Positions 38,411 through 48,170 of a stretch of 64,000 nucleotides of DNA are shown one piece after another. The stretch is from contig DATLRO010000101.1 in NCBI GenBank assembly GCA_035534615.1, positions 23,510 to 87,509 on the forward strand, written 5' to 3'. The notes below the pieces were generated by a model. The model saw only the letters and a list, made by a program, of their open reading frames with translations, did no database searches and had not been told where the DNA came from. Position numbers and translations under genes: made by a program. Position 1 is the first letter of the stretch, and each line of letters starts with the position of its first letter. The stretch is from Vicinamibacterales bacterium (GTDB lineage: Bacteria > Acidobacteriota > Vicinamibacteria > Vicinamibacterales > CAVVIG01).

Positions 38411-39483
38411 AGGCGAGGCGCGCGGCCGGCGCCAAGCGCCGGCGCGCGCAGTCTCTCGACCGCCCACCGCACGTGGGCCGCCACCATCGGGTCGTCGAGG
38501 CTCGGCGCGTCGTCGCGCGGCCGCTCCAGCTCGGCGGCGGCGTCGCGGTCGTCGCTGTTGCCGATGGCGACCGCCAGGTTGCGGCGCCACGCGGTCAGCG
38601 GCGCGCGCACCATCGCGGTTCCGTCGAGCAGCGCCTGCAGGCCGGCGTCCGACATCCGCCACAGATCGAGCAGCCGCGGCAGGTCCAGCGCCGGCCTCGG
38701 CTGCCAGGCGGGATCGGCCGACTGGATCGGCGCCAGGTTCCACGGGCAGACCTCCTGGCAGACGTCGCAGCCGTAGACGTGGGTCCCGATCGACGCGCGC
38801 TGCGCCGGCGGGATCGTCTGCTTCAGCTCGATCGTGAGGAACGAGAGACACTTCGTGGCGTCGAGCTGCCGCGGCTCGACGAGGGCGCCCGTCGGGCACG
38901 AGTCGAGGCACAGCGTGCAGGTCCCGCACCGGTCGAAGCCGGGCGCGTCCGGCTCGAGCGGCAGGCTGCACAGCACCTCGCCCAGGAACAGCCACGACCC
39001 GTGCCCGGGGCTGATGAGGCAGGTGTTCTTCCCGATCCAGCCCAGGCCCGCGTGCTGCGCGTAGACGCGTTCCTGCACCGGCCCGGTGTCGACGTACGCG
39101 CGCGCGTCGAACGGCCCGTCCGCCTCGTCCCGCATCCACGCGACGAGCGCGTCGAGCCGGCGTCCCAGCACCTCGTGGTAGTCGTCGCCCCACGCGTAAC
39201 GCGCGATGAGCGCGCGCGACGGATCGCGCCCGTCGGTCGAATACGGCCGGGGGGTGTTGTACACGGTGCCGGTCATGATGACGGCGCGCGCCGTCGGCAG
39301 CACCCGGCGCACGTCGGCGCGGCGCGCGGCCGACCGGTGCAGATAGGTCATCGTGCCCGCATAGCCGCGATCGAGCCAGGCGGGCAGCGCGTCCAGTTCG
39401 GGATGGCGGCGGGCCGGCGCAATGCCGCAGAGGTCGAAGCCGAGCTCGTGCGCCCGGCGCTTGATCCGCTCCGAGGTCAGCAC
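38407..39483 (-). CDS. queG: Epoxyqueuosine reductase
   Basis: 358 aa from GTG 39481..39483 (GGAGG 5 nt upstream). ARYAWGDDYH, GWIGKNTCLI, and two 4Fe-4S motifs, CGTCTLCLDSCP and CDVCQEVCPWN. Confidence 0.88.
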   Translation of the reverse strand: MLTSERIKRRAHELGFDLCGIAPARRHPELDALPAWLDRGYAGTMTYLHRSAARRADVRRVLPTARAVIMTGTVYNTPRPYSTDGRDPSRALIARYAWGDDYHEVLGRRLDALVAWMRDEADGPFDARAYVDTGPVQERVYAQHAGLGWIGKNTCLISPGHGSWLFLGEVLCSLPLEPDAPGFDRCGTCTLCLDSCPTGALVEPRQLDATKCLSFLTIELKQTIPPAQRASIGTHVYGCDVCQEVCPWNLAPIQSADPAWQPRPALDLPRLLDLWRMSDAGLQALLDGTAMVRAPLTAWRRNLAVAIGNSDDRDAAAELERPRDDAPSLDDPMVAAHVRWAVERLRAPALGAGRAPRL

Positions 39484-39548
39484 GCGGCCTCCGTCGAGAG
39501 AAACGGCCGGGACGCCCCGGCAGGCCGTCCCGGCCGTCGAACGGCGGG

Positions 39549-42293
39549 CTACTTCACCAGACCGGCCAGCTGGCGCAGCACGTACGGCAGGATGCCGCCG
39601 TGCCGGAACGCGATCAGCTCTTCCGGCGTGTCGATGCGGGCGGTTGCGGTGAACGTCTTCTCGCGCCCGCCGGCGTCCTTCGCCTTCACGGTCACGTCGC
39701 CGCCCGGCCGGAGCCCCCGGGCGATGCCGGTCAGCTCGAACGCCTCCTGCCCGGTGAGCCCGAGCGCCGCCACGTGCTCGCCCGCCTTGAACTGCAGCGG
39801 CAGCACGCCCATGTTCACGAGGTTGCTGCGGTGGATGCGCTCGAAGCTCTCCGCGACGACGGCCCGGACGCCGAGCAGGACCGTCCCCTTGGCGGCCCAG
39901 TCGCGCGACGATCCCGACCCGTACTCCTTCCCCGCCAGCACGAGCAGCGGGACGCCGGCCTTCTGATATCGCATCGCGGCGTCGTAGATCGTCATCTCCT
40001 CGCCGTCGGGCTGGAAGCGCGTCCATCCGCCCTCGGTCCCGGGCGCGAGCTGATTGCGCAGCCGGATGTTGGCGAACGTGCCGCGCATCATCACCTCGTG
40101 GTTCCCGCGGCGGGCGCCGAACGAGTTGAAGTCGCGCGGCGGCACGCCGTGCGCCACCAGATACCGGCCGGCCGGTCCGTCGGCCGGGATCGACCCGGCC
40201 GGCGAAATGTGATCCGTCGTCACGCTGTCGCCGAGCAGCGCGAGCGCCCGCGCCCCGGTGATGTCCCGCAGCGGCGCCGGCTCCGGCTGCAGATCCTCGA
40301 AGAACGGCGGATTGCGGATGTAGGTCGACGCCTCGTCCCACGCGAACCGGTCGCCCGTCGGCACGGCCAGCGACCGCCACCGGTCGTCGCCCCGGAACAC
40401 GTCGGCGTACTGCTCGCGGAACATCTCGGCCTTCACCGATTCCAGGGCCGTCTGAATCTCCGCCTGGCTCGGCCACAGGTCCTTCAGGTACACCGGCGCG
40501 CCGGTCGCGTCCGCGCCGATCGGCTCGCTCGTCAGGTCGATCGTCATCCGCCCGGCCAGCGCGTAGGCGACGACGAGCGGCGGCGACGCGAGGTAGTTGG
40601 CGCGGACCTGGGGCTGGATGCGGCCTTCGAAGTTCCGGTTGCCGCTCAGCACGGCCGCCACCACGAGATTCCGGTCTCTGACCTCGGCCGACACCTCGTC
40701 GGGCAGCGGCCCGCTGTTGCCGATGCAGGTCGTGCAGCCATAGCCGACCAGGCCGAACCCGAGCTGCTCGAGGTACGGCAGGAGGCCGGACTGCTTCAGG
40801 TACTCGGTGACGACCTTCGACCCGGGCGCCAGGCTCGTCTTCACCCACGGCTTGACCGTGAGGCCGCGGGCCACCGCCTTCTTCGCCAGCAGGCCGGCGC
40901 CCATCAGCACGCTCGGATTCGAGGTGTTGGTGCAGCTCGTGATCGCCGCGATCACCACGGAGCCGTGATCGATCTCGTGCTCGACCGCGGGCCGGTCGGT
41001 GACCGCCGCGCCGCCAGGGCCGCCCCCTTCGCCGTTCCAGGTCGACGTCTGTGGCGGCTGCGCCGACACCTTCTTCTTCTGGTCGGCCATCAGCGACGGC
41101 AGCGCCTGCTCGAACCCCCGGCGGGCCTGCGCCAGCGGCACCCGGTCCTGCGGCCGCCGCGGCCCGGCGAGACTCGGCTCCACCTGGCCGAGGTCCATCT
41201 CGATGCGCTCACCGTAGCGCGCGTCCGGCGTGTCGCCCGTCCGGAACAGCCCCTGCGCCTTCGCGTACGCCTCGACGAGCCGGATCCGGTCCTCGTCGCG
41301 CCCCGTCAGGCGGAGGTACTCGATCGTCATCTGGTCGATCGAACAGATGGCGATCGTCGACCCGTACTCGGGCGACATGTTGCCCAGCGTCGCCCGGTCG
41401 GCGATCGTCAGCGACTCGAGCCCCGGGCCGTAGAACTCCACGAACTTGGCGACGACGCCGTGCTTGCGCAGCCGCTCGGTAATCGTGAGCACCAGGTCGG
41501 TCGCCGTCGCACCGTCCGGCAGCCGGCCGGTCAGCCTGAAGCCGACGACCTCCGGGATCAGCATGGAGATCGGCTGGCCCAGCATCGCGGCCTCCGCCTC
41601 GATGCCGCCGACGCCCCAGCCGACCACCCCCAGCCCGTTCACCATCGTCGTGTGCGAGTCGGTGCCGACGAGCGTGTCCGGGTACGCCGTCGTCCGGCCG
41701 CCCTCGTCCACCGTGCAGACCACGCGCGCCAGGTATTCCAGATTCACCTGGTGCACGATGCCGGTGTCGGGCGGCACGACACGGAAGTTCCGGAACGCGT
41801 CCTGCCCCCAGCGCAGGAACGCGTAGCGCTCGCGGTTGCGCTGGAACTCCAGCTCGGCGTTCTTCTGGAAGGCGTCCGGCCGGCCGAAGAAATCGACCTG
41901 CACCGAATGGTCGATGACCAGTTCGACCGGCTGCAGCGGATTGACCCGGTTCGGGTCGCCGCCGAGCCGCGCGATGCCGTCGCGCATCGCGGCCAGATCG
42001 ACCACCGCCGGCACGCCGGTGAAGTCCTGGAGCAGCACGCGGGCCGGCATGAAGGCGAGCTCGCGCGTCGCGGCGCCCGGCTCCCAGCTGGCGAGCGCGC
42101 GGATGTCGTCCGCCGTCACGCTCTGGCCGTTCTCCCGGCGCAGCAGATTCTCGAGCAGGATCTTGAGCGAGTACGGCAGGCGCGCGATCTGCGGAAACCC
42201 CGCCCGCTCGAGCATCGGCAGGCTGAAGTAGTCGATCGTGCGCCCGTTGACCTGAAGCTGGGTCTTCGTTCCGAAACTGTTGGCTGTTGGCAT
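39549..42293 (-). CDS. acnA: Aconitate hydratase A
   Basis: 914 aa from ATG 42291..42293 (GAGGGAG SD). Full-length AcnA/IRP-type architecture with motifs [16 protein letters not shown] and [10 protein letters not shown]. Confidence 0.95.
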   Translation of the reverse strand: MPTANSFGTKTQLQVNGRTIDYFSLPMLERAGFPQIARLPYSLKILLENLLRRENGQSVTADDIRALASWEPGAATRELAFMPARVLLQDFTGVPAVVDLAAMRDGIARLGGDPNRVNPLQPVELVIDHSVQVDFFGRPDAFQKNAELEFQRNRERYAFLRWGQDAFRNFRVVPPDTGIVHQVNLEYLARVVCTVDEGGRTTAYPDTLVGTDSHTTMVNGLGVVGWGVGGIEAEAAMLGQPISMLIPEVVGFRLTGRLPDGATATDLVLTITERLRKHGVVAKFVEFYGPGLESLTIADRATLGNMSPEYGSTIAICSIDQMTIEYLRLTGRDEDRIRLVEAYAKAQGLFRTGDTPDARYGERIEMDLGQVEPSLAGPRRPQDRVPLAQARRGFEQALPSLMADQKKKVSAQPPQTSTWNGEGGGPGGAAVTDRPAVEHEIDHGSVVIAAITSCTNTSNPSVLMGAGLLAKKAVARGLTVKPWVKTSLAPGSKVVTEYLKQSGLLPYLEQLGFGLVGYGCTTCIGNSGPLPDEVSAEVRDRNLVVAAVLSGNRNFEGRIQPQVRANYLASPPLVVAYALAGRMTIDLTSEPIGADATGAPVYLKDLWPSQAEIQTALESVKAEMFREQYADVFRGDDRWRSLAVPTGDRFAWDEASTYIRNPPFFEDLQPEPAPLRDITGARALALLGDSVTTDHISPAGSIPADGPAGRYLVAHGVPPRDFNSFGARRGNHEVMMRGTFANIRLRNQLAPGTEGGWTRFQPDGEEMTIYDAAMRYQKAGVPLLVLAGKEYGSGSSRDWAAKGTVLLGVRAVVAESFERIHRSNLVNMGVLPLQFKAGEHVAALGLTGQEAFELTGIARGLRPGGDVTVKAKDAGGREKTFTATARIDTPEELIAFRHGGILPYVLRQLAGLVK

Positions 42294-42363
42294 CGCTCCC
42301 TCGCCCCTCTCGCGGCCACGAAACAAATGTCGATCCTAACATGCCAGGCGGACCACGGGGCCG

Positions 42364-43512
42364 TCAGACCGCCGGCCGCGGCGTGCCGCGCGCCACGCGC
42401 AGCACGGCCGCCGCCGCACGCTCGCTCGCCCCGGGCGCCCCCAGCCGCTCGCGCACGAGGCGCAGCGCGGCGCGCTGCCGCCCGGCCCGCACCGGATCGG
42501 TCAGCAGCCCCACCGCTTCGGCGGCGACCGCGTCCGGCGTGAAGGCCTCCTGGATCAGCTCGGGGACCACCCGCTCGCCGGCCACCAGGTTCACCATGGC
42601 ATAGGTGTCGACCCGCACGAACGGCTTGCCCAGGCGGTACGTCAGCGGCGACAGCCGGTACACGACCACCATCGGCACCTCGTGCAGCGCCGCCTGCACC
42701 GTCGCCGTACCCGAGGCCGTCAGCACCACGTCCGCGGCCGCCAGCACGTCGTCCGTGCGCGAGTCGACCAGGACGGGCGGACGTCCCCCGGGGGCGCCGG
42801 CCGCCTCGAACAGAGACGACTCGAGATTCGGCGCCCGGGCGACGACGAACTGCACGCGCGGCACCTGCGCCGCGATCCGTCCGGCGGCCGCCGCCAGCCC
42901 GGGCAGGATCGCCCGCACCTCGTTCGTCCGGCTGCCGGGCAGCAGGGCCACCGTCGGCGCCACCGGATCCAGCCCGATCTCTTCGAGAAACGCCGCGCGC
43001 GGCATGCCGCCCCGCACGAGATCCACGAGCGGGTGGCCGACGAACTCCACCGGCACGCCGGCGCGCTCGTAGATCGCCTCTTCGAAGGGAAAGATCACGA
43101 GGACGCGGTCGGCGATCCGCTTCATCGTCTTCATCCGCCCCGCGCGCCAGGCCCAGAGCTGCGGGCTGATGTAGTACACGACCGGGATGCCGAGCCGGCG
43201 GACGGCCGGCGCGAGCCGGAAGTTGAAGTCGGGAAGGTCGATCGCGACGAACACGTCCGGCCGCTCCGCGCGGGCGGCGGCGACGAGCCGGCGGTACATC
43301 CCGTAGTAGCGCGGCACCATCGCCAGCGCCTCGGTGATCCCGGTCACGCTGAACCCGCGATAGTCGCCCACCAGATCGCCGCCGGCGGCCCGCAACCGCT
43401 CCCCGCCGAAGCCGAACAGGCGGGCGCCCGGATCGAGGCGGCGAATCGCCCCGGCCAGCGCCCCGGCGTACAGGTCGCCGGACGCCTCGCCGCAGGAAAG
43501 CATGATCTTCAC
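42364..43512 (-). CDS. lpxB: Lipid-A-disaccharide synthase
   Basis: 382 aa. MKIMLSCGEASGDLYAG N-terminus and overall GT19 LpxB pattern. Confidence 0.9.
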   Translation of the reverse strand: MKIMLSCGEASGDLYAGALAGAIRRLDPGARLFGFGGERLRAAGGDLVGDYRGFSVTGITEALAMVPRYYGMYRRLVAAARAERPDVFVAIDLPDFNFRLAPAVRRLGIPVVYYISPQLWAWRAGRMKTMKRIADRVLVIFPFEEAIYERAGVPVEFVGHPLVDLVRGGMPRAAFLEEIGLDPVAPTVALLPGSRTNEVRAILPGLAAAAGRIAAQVPRVQFVVARAPNLESSLFEAAGAPGGRPPVLVDSRTDDVLAAADVVLTASGTATVQAALHEVPMVVVYRLSPLTYRLGKPFVRVDTYAMVNLVAGERVVPELIQEAFTPDAVAAEAVGLLTDPVRAGRQRAALRLVRERLGAPGASERAAAAVLRVARGTPRPAV

Positions 43513-43535
43513 AATGGCGTCGGCGGTCGCAGGTC

Positions 43536-45872
43536 TCAGCCCGCAGGCTTGCGGAACAGGGCGTCGTCGACCGGCACGTTGTACTGGATCCGGGTGACCG
43601 TGCGCTCGACGACCGTGATGCTGCCGCGCCGGACCGACGCCTTGAAGGCGACCTTCACCCCGTCGACCGTGCGGTAGTCGGAGAACGACTCGATCGTGAG
43701 CGCCCCGCCCGGCAGGCCGTCGCCGACGTAGCGCTGCTGCGTGACGAGGCCGGTCCGCGCATCCACGTACAGGGTCACCGGCCCCAGGGTCGGCGACGAC
43801 AGTTCGACGACGTGCTGGCGCCGTCCGTCCGCCCCGGTTACGTCGGGCAGCCCGCGCGCCAGCAGACGGCCGGACGCCGCCCCGACCAGCAGACGGATGA
43901 GATCGTGCCGGACGCTGTCGTGGAAGCCGCGCGTCACCGCGTCGGGCGCATCGTGCACGCCGTCCGGTCCCTTCATCCAGGCGTGCCCGGCGTCATAGAC
44001 CTGCACCACCTCGCCACCCGGCAGGTGGGCCTCGACGCGGAAGCGGTCGGGATAGCGGATGTAGGTCGTCGTATCGGTGGCGACCGGCCCCTGCGGCGTC
44101 ATCACGGTCGTCGTCGCGGCGGCGACGACGGTCCGGACGTGTTGCAGCACGGCCAGGCCGCCCTTGGCCCGGACCGCCTGCGCGATGATCGCCTGGCCCC
44201 GGTTCTGTTCGGCCGGCGTCGGCGTCACGCGCGGCGGGCCGATCCCGTCCGCGTGCCGGCCGGGGCGTTCCGTCCGCGCCAGATCGGCGGCGGTCGCCGA
44301 GACGAGCCGCACCGCCGGCCGCGGCGCCGGCGCCGCGCCGGGCGGGGCGCGCTTCAGGTCGGGCGCGGCCAGATCGAGATCCGGCAGATCGATCAGATCG
44401 TAGTGGCCGAAGCCGGCGGACTTGAGGTCGTCCTTGAACACCGCCGCGTTGCCCACCAGCACGACCGAGAGGTTGTCCGGCCGGAGATAGTACCGGGCGA
44501 CGCGCTGCACGTCGGCGGGCGTCACGACCTCCACGCGCTGACGGAAGGTCTGCAGCTGCCGGAGCGGCAGGTCGTAGAACAGGACGTTCAGCACCTGCAG
44601 CGCGATCTGCTCGGGGGTTTCGATCGTCAGGGGAAAGCTGCCGGTCATGTAGTCCTTGGCGCTCTGCAGCTCGCGCTCGCTCACCGGCTCCTGCTGCAGG
44701 CGGAAGAACTCGTTCACGATCAGCCGCACCACCTCCGCCGTCGCCGCCGACCGGGTGCTCGTCTGCGCCTCGATGTCCCCGGACAGCGCGTAGGTGTCGA
44801 GCGCCGCGTCCGCCGCGTACGTCAGCCCGTGCTCGGTGCGCAGCACCTGCTGGAGCCGGTCGCTGCCTTCACCGCCGAGGATCCGGATGGCGAGGTTCAG
44901 CGCCATGTAATCGTCGGTCTTCCGCGGGACGCCGAGGTTCCCCACGCGGATCTCCGTCTGCACGGCATCCGGCTTGTTGATGACGACGACGTGCTGGGTC
45001 GGCGACGGCGGCTTGGGAAAGTGCGCCTCCGGCACGTCGTGCCGCGCCCAGTCGCCGAACACCGCGCGGGCCTCGGCGAACGCCTCGTCCGGCGTCACGT
45101 CGCCCACGATGGCCAGAATGCTGTTGTTCGGCGCGAAGTACGCGTCGTGAAACGCCTCCAGGTCGGCCCGCGTGACTCCCGCGATCGTCCGCGGCACGCC
45201 TTCCTGCGGCATGCCGTAGGGATGGAAGCCGTAGACGAGCCGGTCGAACACCGCGTCGGCGATGTAGGCGGGATCGTCGTCGCTCACCCGCAGTCCGGCC
45301 AGCAGCTGCGCCTTCTGCCGATCGATCTCGCTCTGCGCGAAGCTCGGGTGCCGGATCACGTCGGACAGCAGGCGCAGGCCGACGTCGAAGCTGTCCCGCA
45401 TCACGAGCACCGAGCCGTAGGTCAGATCGACGCCGGCGCCGGTGTCGAGCCCGCCGCCGATCGAATCGATCGCATTGGCGATCTGCTCCGCCGTGCGCGT
45501 CGTCGTGCCCTGGTCGAGCAGGTTGGCCTCGAGATTGGCGAGGCCGAGCTGGTCGCGCGGCTCCTCCGCGCTGCCGGCCCGGACGATGAGGCGCATGGAG
45601 ACAACCGGCTGCTCGTGGTGCTGCACGACCACCACCTGCAGGCCGTTGTCGAGGTGCTGCACCTCGTACGGCGGAAACGGCACCTCGTGGGCGGGCAGCG
45701 GCGGCGGCGGGCCCCACGACGGCCAGCCCTGCACGTCTCCCTGCGCATCGCGCGTCTGCCCGTGCACAGAGGCGACGAGCGTCGCGGCGCAGGCCACCGC
45801 CAGCAGGCAGGCCGCCAGGCGGCGCGCCCACCCGGCGTCCCGGCGCCGTTCGGGCCGGTCCGCCCTGCTCAT
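43536..45872 (-). CDS. M16 (pitrilysin) family peptidase-like protein lacking HxxEH, fused to a C-terminal LolA-like domain
   Basis: 778 aa. Signal peptide. Two M16 domains without the zinc motif. About 280 extra C-terminal residues (..YIRYPDRFRVEAHLPGGEVVQVYDAGHAWMKGPDG....FSDYRTVDGVKVAFK..). The ATG overlaps the upstream M16 stop (ATGA). Confidence 0.8.
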   Translation of the reverse strand: MSRADRPERRRDAGWARRLAACLLAVACAATLVASVHGQTRDAQGDVQGWPSWGPPPPLPAHEVPFPPYEVQHLDNGLQVVVVQHHEQPVVSMRLIVRAGSAEEPRDQLGLANLEANLLDQGTTTRTAEQIANAIDSIGGGLDTGAGVDLTYGSVLVMRDSFDVGLRLLSDVIRHPSFAQSEIDRQKAQLLAGLRVSDDDPAYIADAVFDRLVYGFHPYGMPQEGVPRTIAGVTRADLEAFHDAYFAPNNSILAIVGDVTPDEAFAEARAVFGDWARHDVPEAHFPKPPSPTQHVVVINKPDAVQTEIRVGNLGVPRKTDDYMALNLAIRILGGEGSDRLQQVLRTEHGLTYAADAALDTYALSGDIEAQTSTRSAATAEVVRLIVNEFFRLQQEPVSERELQSAKDYMTGSFPLTIETPEQIALQVLNVLFYDLPLRQLQTFRQRVEVVTPADVQRVARYYLRPDNLSVVLVGNAAVFKDDLKSAGFGHYDLIDLPDLDLAAPDLKRAPPGAAPAPRPAVRLVSATAADLARTERPGRHADGIGPPRVTPTPAEQNRGQAIIAQAVRAKGGLAVLQHVRTVVAAATTTVMTPQGPVATDTTTYIRYPDRFRVEAHLPGGEVVQVYDAGHAWMKGPDGVHDAPDAVTRGFHDSVRHDLIRLLVGAASGRLLARGLPDVTGADGRRQHVVELSSPTLGPVTLYVDARTGLVTQQRYVGDGLPGGALTIESFSDYRTVDGVKVAFKASVRRGSITVVERTVTRIQYNVPVDDALFRKPAG

Positions 45873-47275
45873 GGCTGTGGTGAGGCTCCGTGCCCTGCGG
45901 GCAGGGCCGCCGGCGGCGCCGCCGCGGCCGACGGCAGGACGGTCAGGACGAGGCGGTTCTGCCGCGTGAAGTACTTCTGCGCCACCCGCTGGACGTCGGC
46001 CCGGCTGACGTGCATGAAGATGTCGAATTCGCCGTCGGCCGTCCGGATGTCATGGTGGATGACGACGGCGTGGGCCAGCTGCTCGGCCTTCTGCTGATCG
46101 GATTCGCGCGCGATGCTGTAGTCGCGGGCGAGCTGGTTCTTGGCACGCTCGAGCTCGTGCGCCGTGATGCCGCTCGTCTTCAGCCGGTTGAACTCGTCGA
46201 GGAGCGCGCGCGTGACCTCCGCCGTCGTGTGCCCCGGCTGGACGATCGCTACCGCGTAGAACAGGCTCGGCTCTTCCATGATCTCGCCGCCGCCGAACGT
46301 CGCCAGCGCGATCCCCTTCTTGTAGACGAGATCCTGGTAGAGGCGCGAGCTGTCGCCGTCGGACAGCACCTTCGAGATGACGTAGAGGGGATACGAATCC
46401 GGGTTCCCGTCGTAGGTGATGTGATAGGCGACCGCGACGACCGGCAGCGGCCAGCTCTCGTGCACCGTGACCTGCCGCTCCTTCGTCTGCGGCGGATCGA
46501 CCGGATAGTCGCGCGGGATCGGCCTGGTGGACGGCGGCACCCGGCCCAGGTACTTCCTGACGTCGGCGAGCGCCTGCGCCGAGTCGAAATCGCCCACCAG
46601 CACCAGCGTCGCGTTCGACGGCACGTAGTACGTGTGGTAGAAGTCGCGGACCTCCTCCACCGTCGCCGCGTCGAGGTCCTTCATGCTGCCGATCACCGGG
46701 TGCCTGTAGGGCGACACGGTGTAGGCGTTTTCGTCGATGAGCTCGGAGAGGCTGCCGTACGGCTGGTTGTCGATCCGGAGCCGCCGCTCCTCCTCCACGA
46801 CCGCCCGCTCCTTCTCGAACGTCCCCTTGTCGATGCGGAGCGTCGCCATCCGGTCCGCCTCGAGCCAGAGCGCCAGCGGGAGGTACTGGGACGGCACCGT
46901 CTCCCAGAACACCGTCACGTCCTGCGTCGTATAGGCGTTGCTCCGCCCGCCGATGCCGGAGATCATCGACGTCAGCTGATCCGGCGCCACGTTCTTCGAC
47001 CCCTGGAACATCAGGTGCTCGAACAGGTGGGCGAAGCCCGTGCGCCCCTTCTGCTCGTCCTTCGACCCGACGTGATACCAGACCTGCACGTTCACGATCG
47101 GCGTCGAGTGGTCCTCCGACAGCACCACCGTCAGGCCGTTCGGCAGCGTCGTTTCCTGATACACGAGCTTCGGCGGCCGGACCATCGCGCCGGCCGGACC
47201 GGCCGCGAGCAGCAGGCCCGCGACCAGCGCCAGCGCCGCCGCCAGGGGCGTCGTCCGCAGCACTGTGGAACGCAT
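45869..47275 (-). CDS. M16 family zinc metallopeptidase (active-site HxxEH subunit)
   Basis: 468 aa. Signal peptide. GFAHLFEHLMFQGS contains HxxEH. Confidence 0.9.
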   Translation of the reverse strand: MRSTVLRTTPLAAALALVAGLLLAAGPAGAMVRPPKLVYQETTLPNGLTVVLSEDHSTPIVNVQVWYHVGSKDEQKGRTGFAHLFEHLMFQGSKNVAPDQLTSMISGIGGRSNAYTTQDVTVFWETVPSQYLPLALWLEADRMATLRIDKGTFEKERAVVEEERRLRIDNQPYGSLSELIDENAYTVSPYRHPVIGSMKDLDAATVEEVRDFYHTYYVPSNATLVLVGDFDSAQALADVRKYLGRVPPSTRPIPRDYPVDPPQTKERQVTVHESWPLPVVAVAYHITYDGNPDSYPLYVISKVLSDGDSSRLYQDLVYKKGIALATFGGGEIMEEPSLFYAVAIVQPGHTTAEVTRALLDEFNRLKTSGITAHELERAKNQLARDYSIARESDQQKAEQLAHAVVIHHDIRTADGEFDIFMHVSRADVQRVAQKYFTRQNRLVLTVLPSAAAAPPAALPAGHGASPQP

Positions 47276-47369
47276 GTGAGCTGTCGTTGATTATGTCACA
47301 GCTGCGCGGGCCCGACCGGCGCGGGAACGGCGGCGGCGGCCGGGCGCAACAGGTGCGGCCCCGGTCGTG

Positions 47370-48170
47370 TCAGTGGCTGAGCAGCTTGAACCCGAGCAGC
47401 CCGAACGTCTGCGTCTGCCGGTCGATCGGATCGGCGTCGATCCGCCGGTCGTAGGCGACGAACAGCTCGACGGCGCCGCGGCGGCCGTTCAGCACGACGC
47501 CCGCTTCGGCGCGGCCGCCCGTCAGCCGGCTGCGACCCGCAATCGCCGCGTCCACGCCGATCGTCGACAGGCGCCCGGTCCCGGTGAGGGCCCAGTACTT
47601 GTTCATGTCGTACCGGACGTTCACGTCACCCTCGAGCTGCCAGGTGTAGTCGACGTAGGCCTTCTCGATCACGCGCATGGCATCGCCCTGGATCGACGCC
47701 TGCCATCGCCCCCGGTCGAGGACGTGCGTCGCACGGACGCCCGCCTCGTTCCAGGCGATCGCGAACAGCTTCAGCCGGTCGCTCAGGTGGCGCGAGACGT
47801 GGTGGAAGACCCCCGCGATCTCGACGCCGTGGGTCCGCACGGACGAGGAGAACTCCAGCGTGTAATTCCCCTGGTTCGGATCGAACGACCGGAACTGGTT
47901 CCCGAGGATGACCTGATAATTCGCCAGGAAGTTCAGCCGGCCGAACCCGTAGTCGACGACGTCCAGGTCGCCGCCGAAGTTGGCGTCCCAGTCGAACCGC
48001 GGATCGTTGCCGCTCATCATGGCGGCATCCAGGTGGAAGTTGTAGTTCGTGAGGAAGCCCGGCGACGCCGCCGGCGGGGTCACGGGGTGCGCCAGCGATG
48101 TCTGCGCGGCAACCGGGGCGGGGATCAGCAACGCGGCGAGCAGCCACACGCATCTGAAACGTCGGGTCAT
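47370..48170 (-). CDS. Outer-membrane beta-barrel-like protein of unknown function, translationally coupled to lpxD
   Basis: 266 aa from the internal ATG 48168..48170, which overlaps the lpxD stop (ATGA). Signal peptide MTRRFRCVWLLAALLIPAPVAAQ. Alternating beta-strand pattern to the C-terminus (..TFGLLGFKLLSH). Confidence 0.7.
   Translation of the reverse strand: MTRRFRCVWLLAALLIPAPVAAQTSLAHPVTPPAASPGFLTNYNFHLDAAMMSGNDPRFDWDANFGGDLDVVDYGFGRLNFLANYQVILGNQFRSFDPNQGNYTLEFSSSVRTHGVEIAGVFHHVSRHLSDRLKLFAIAWNEAGVRATHVLDRGRWQASIQGDAMRVIEKAYVDYTWQLEGDVNVRYDMNKYWALTGTGRLSTIGVDAAIAGRSRLTGGRAEAGVVLNGRRGAVELFVAYDRRIDADPIDRQTQTFGLLGFKLLSH

Noticed and set aside
47287-47300. TTGATTATGTCACA as a CRP/FNR box for the nearby Crp-family regulator
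   Set aside because: The half-sites and spacing fit neither TTGAT-N4-ATCAA nor TGTGA-N6-TCACA.
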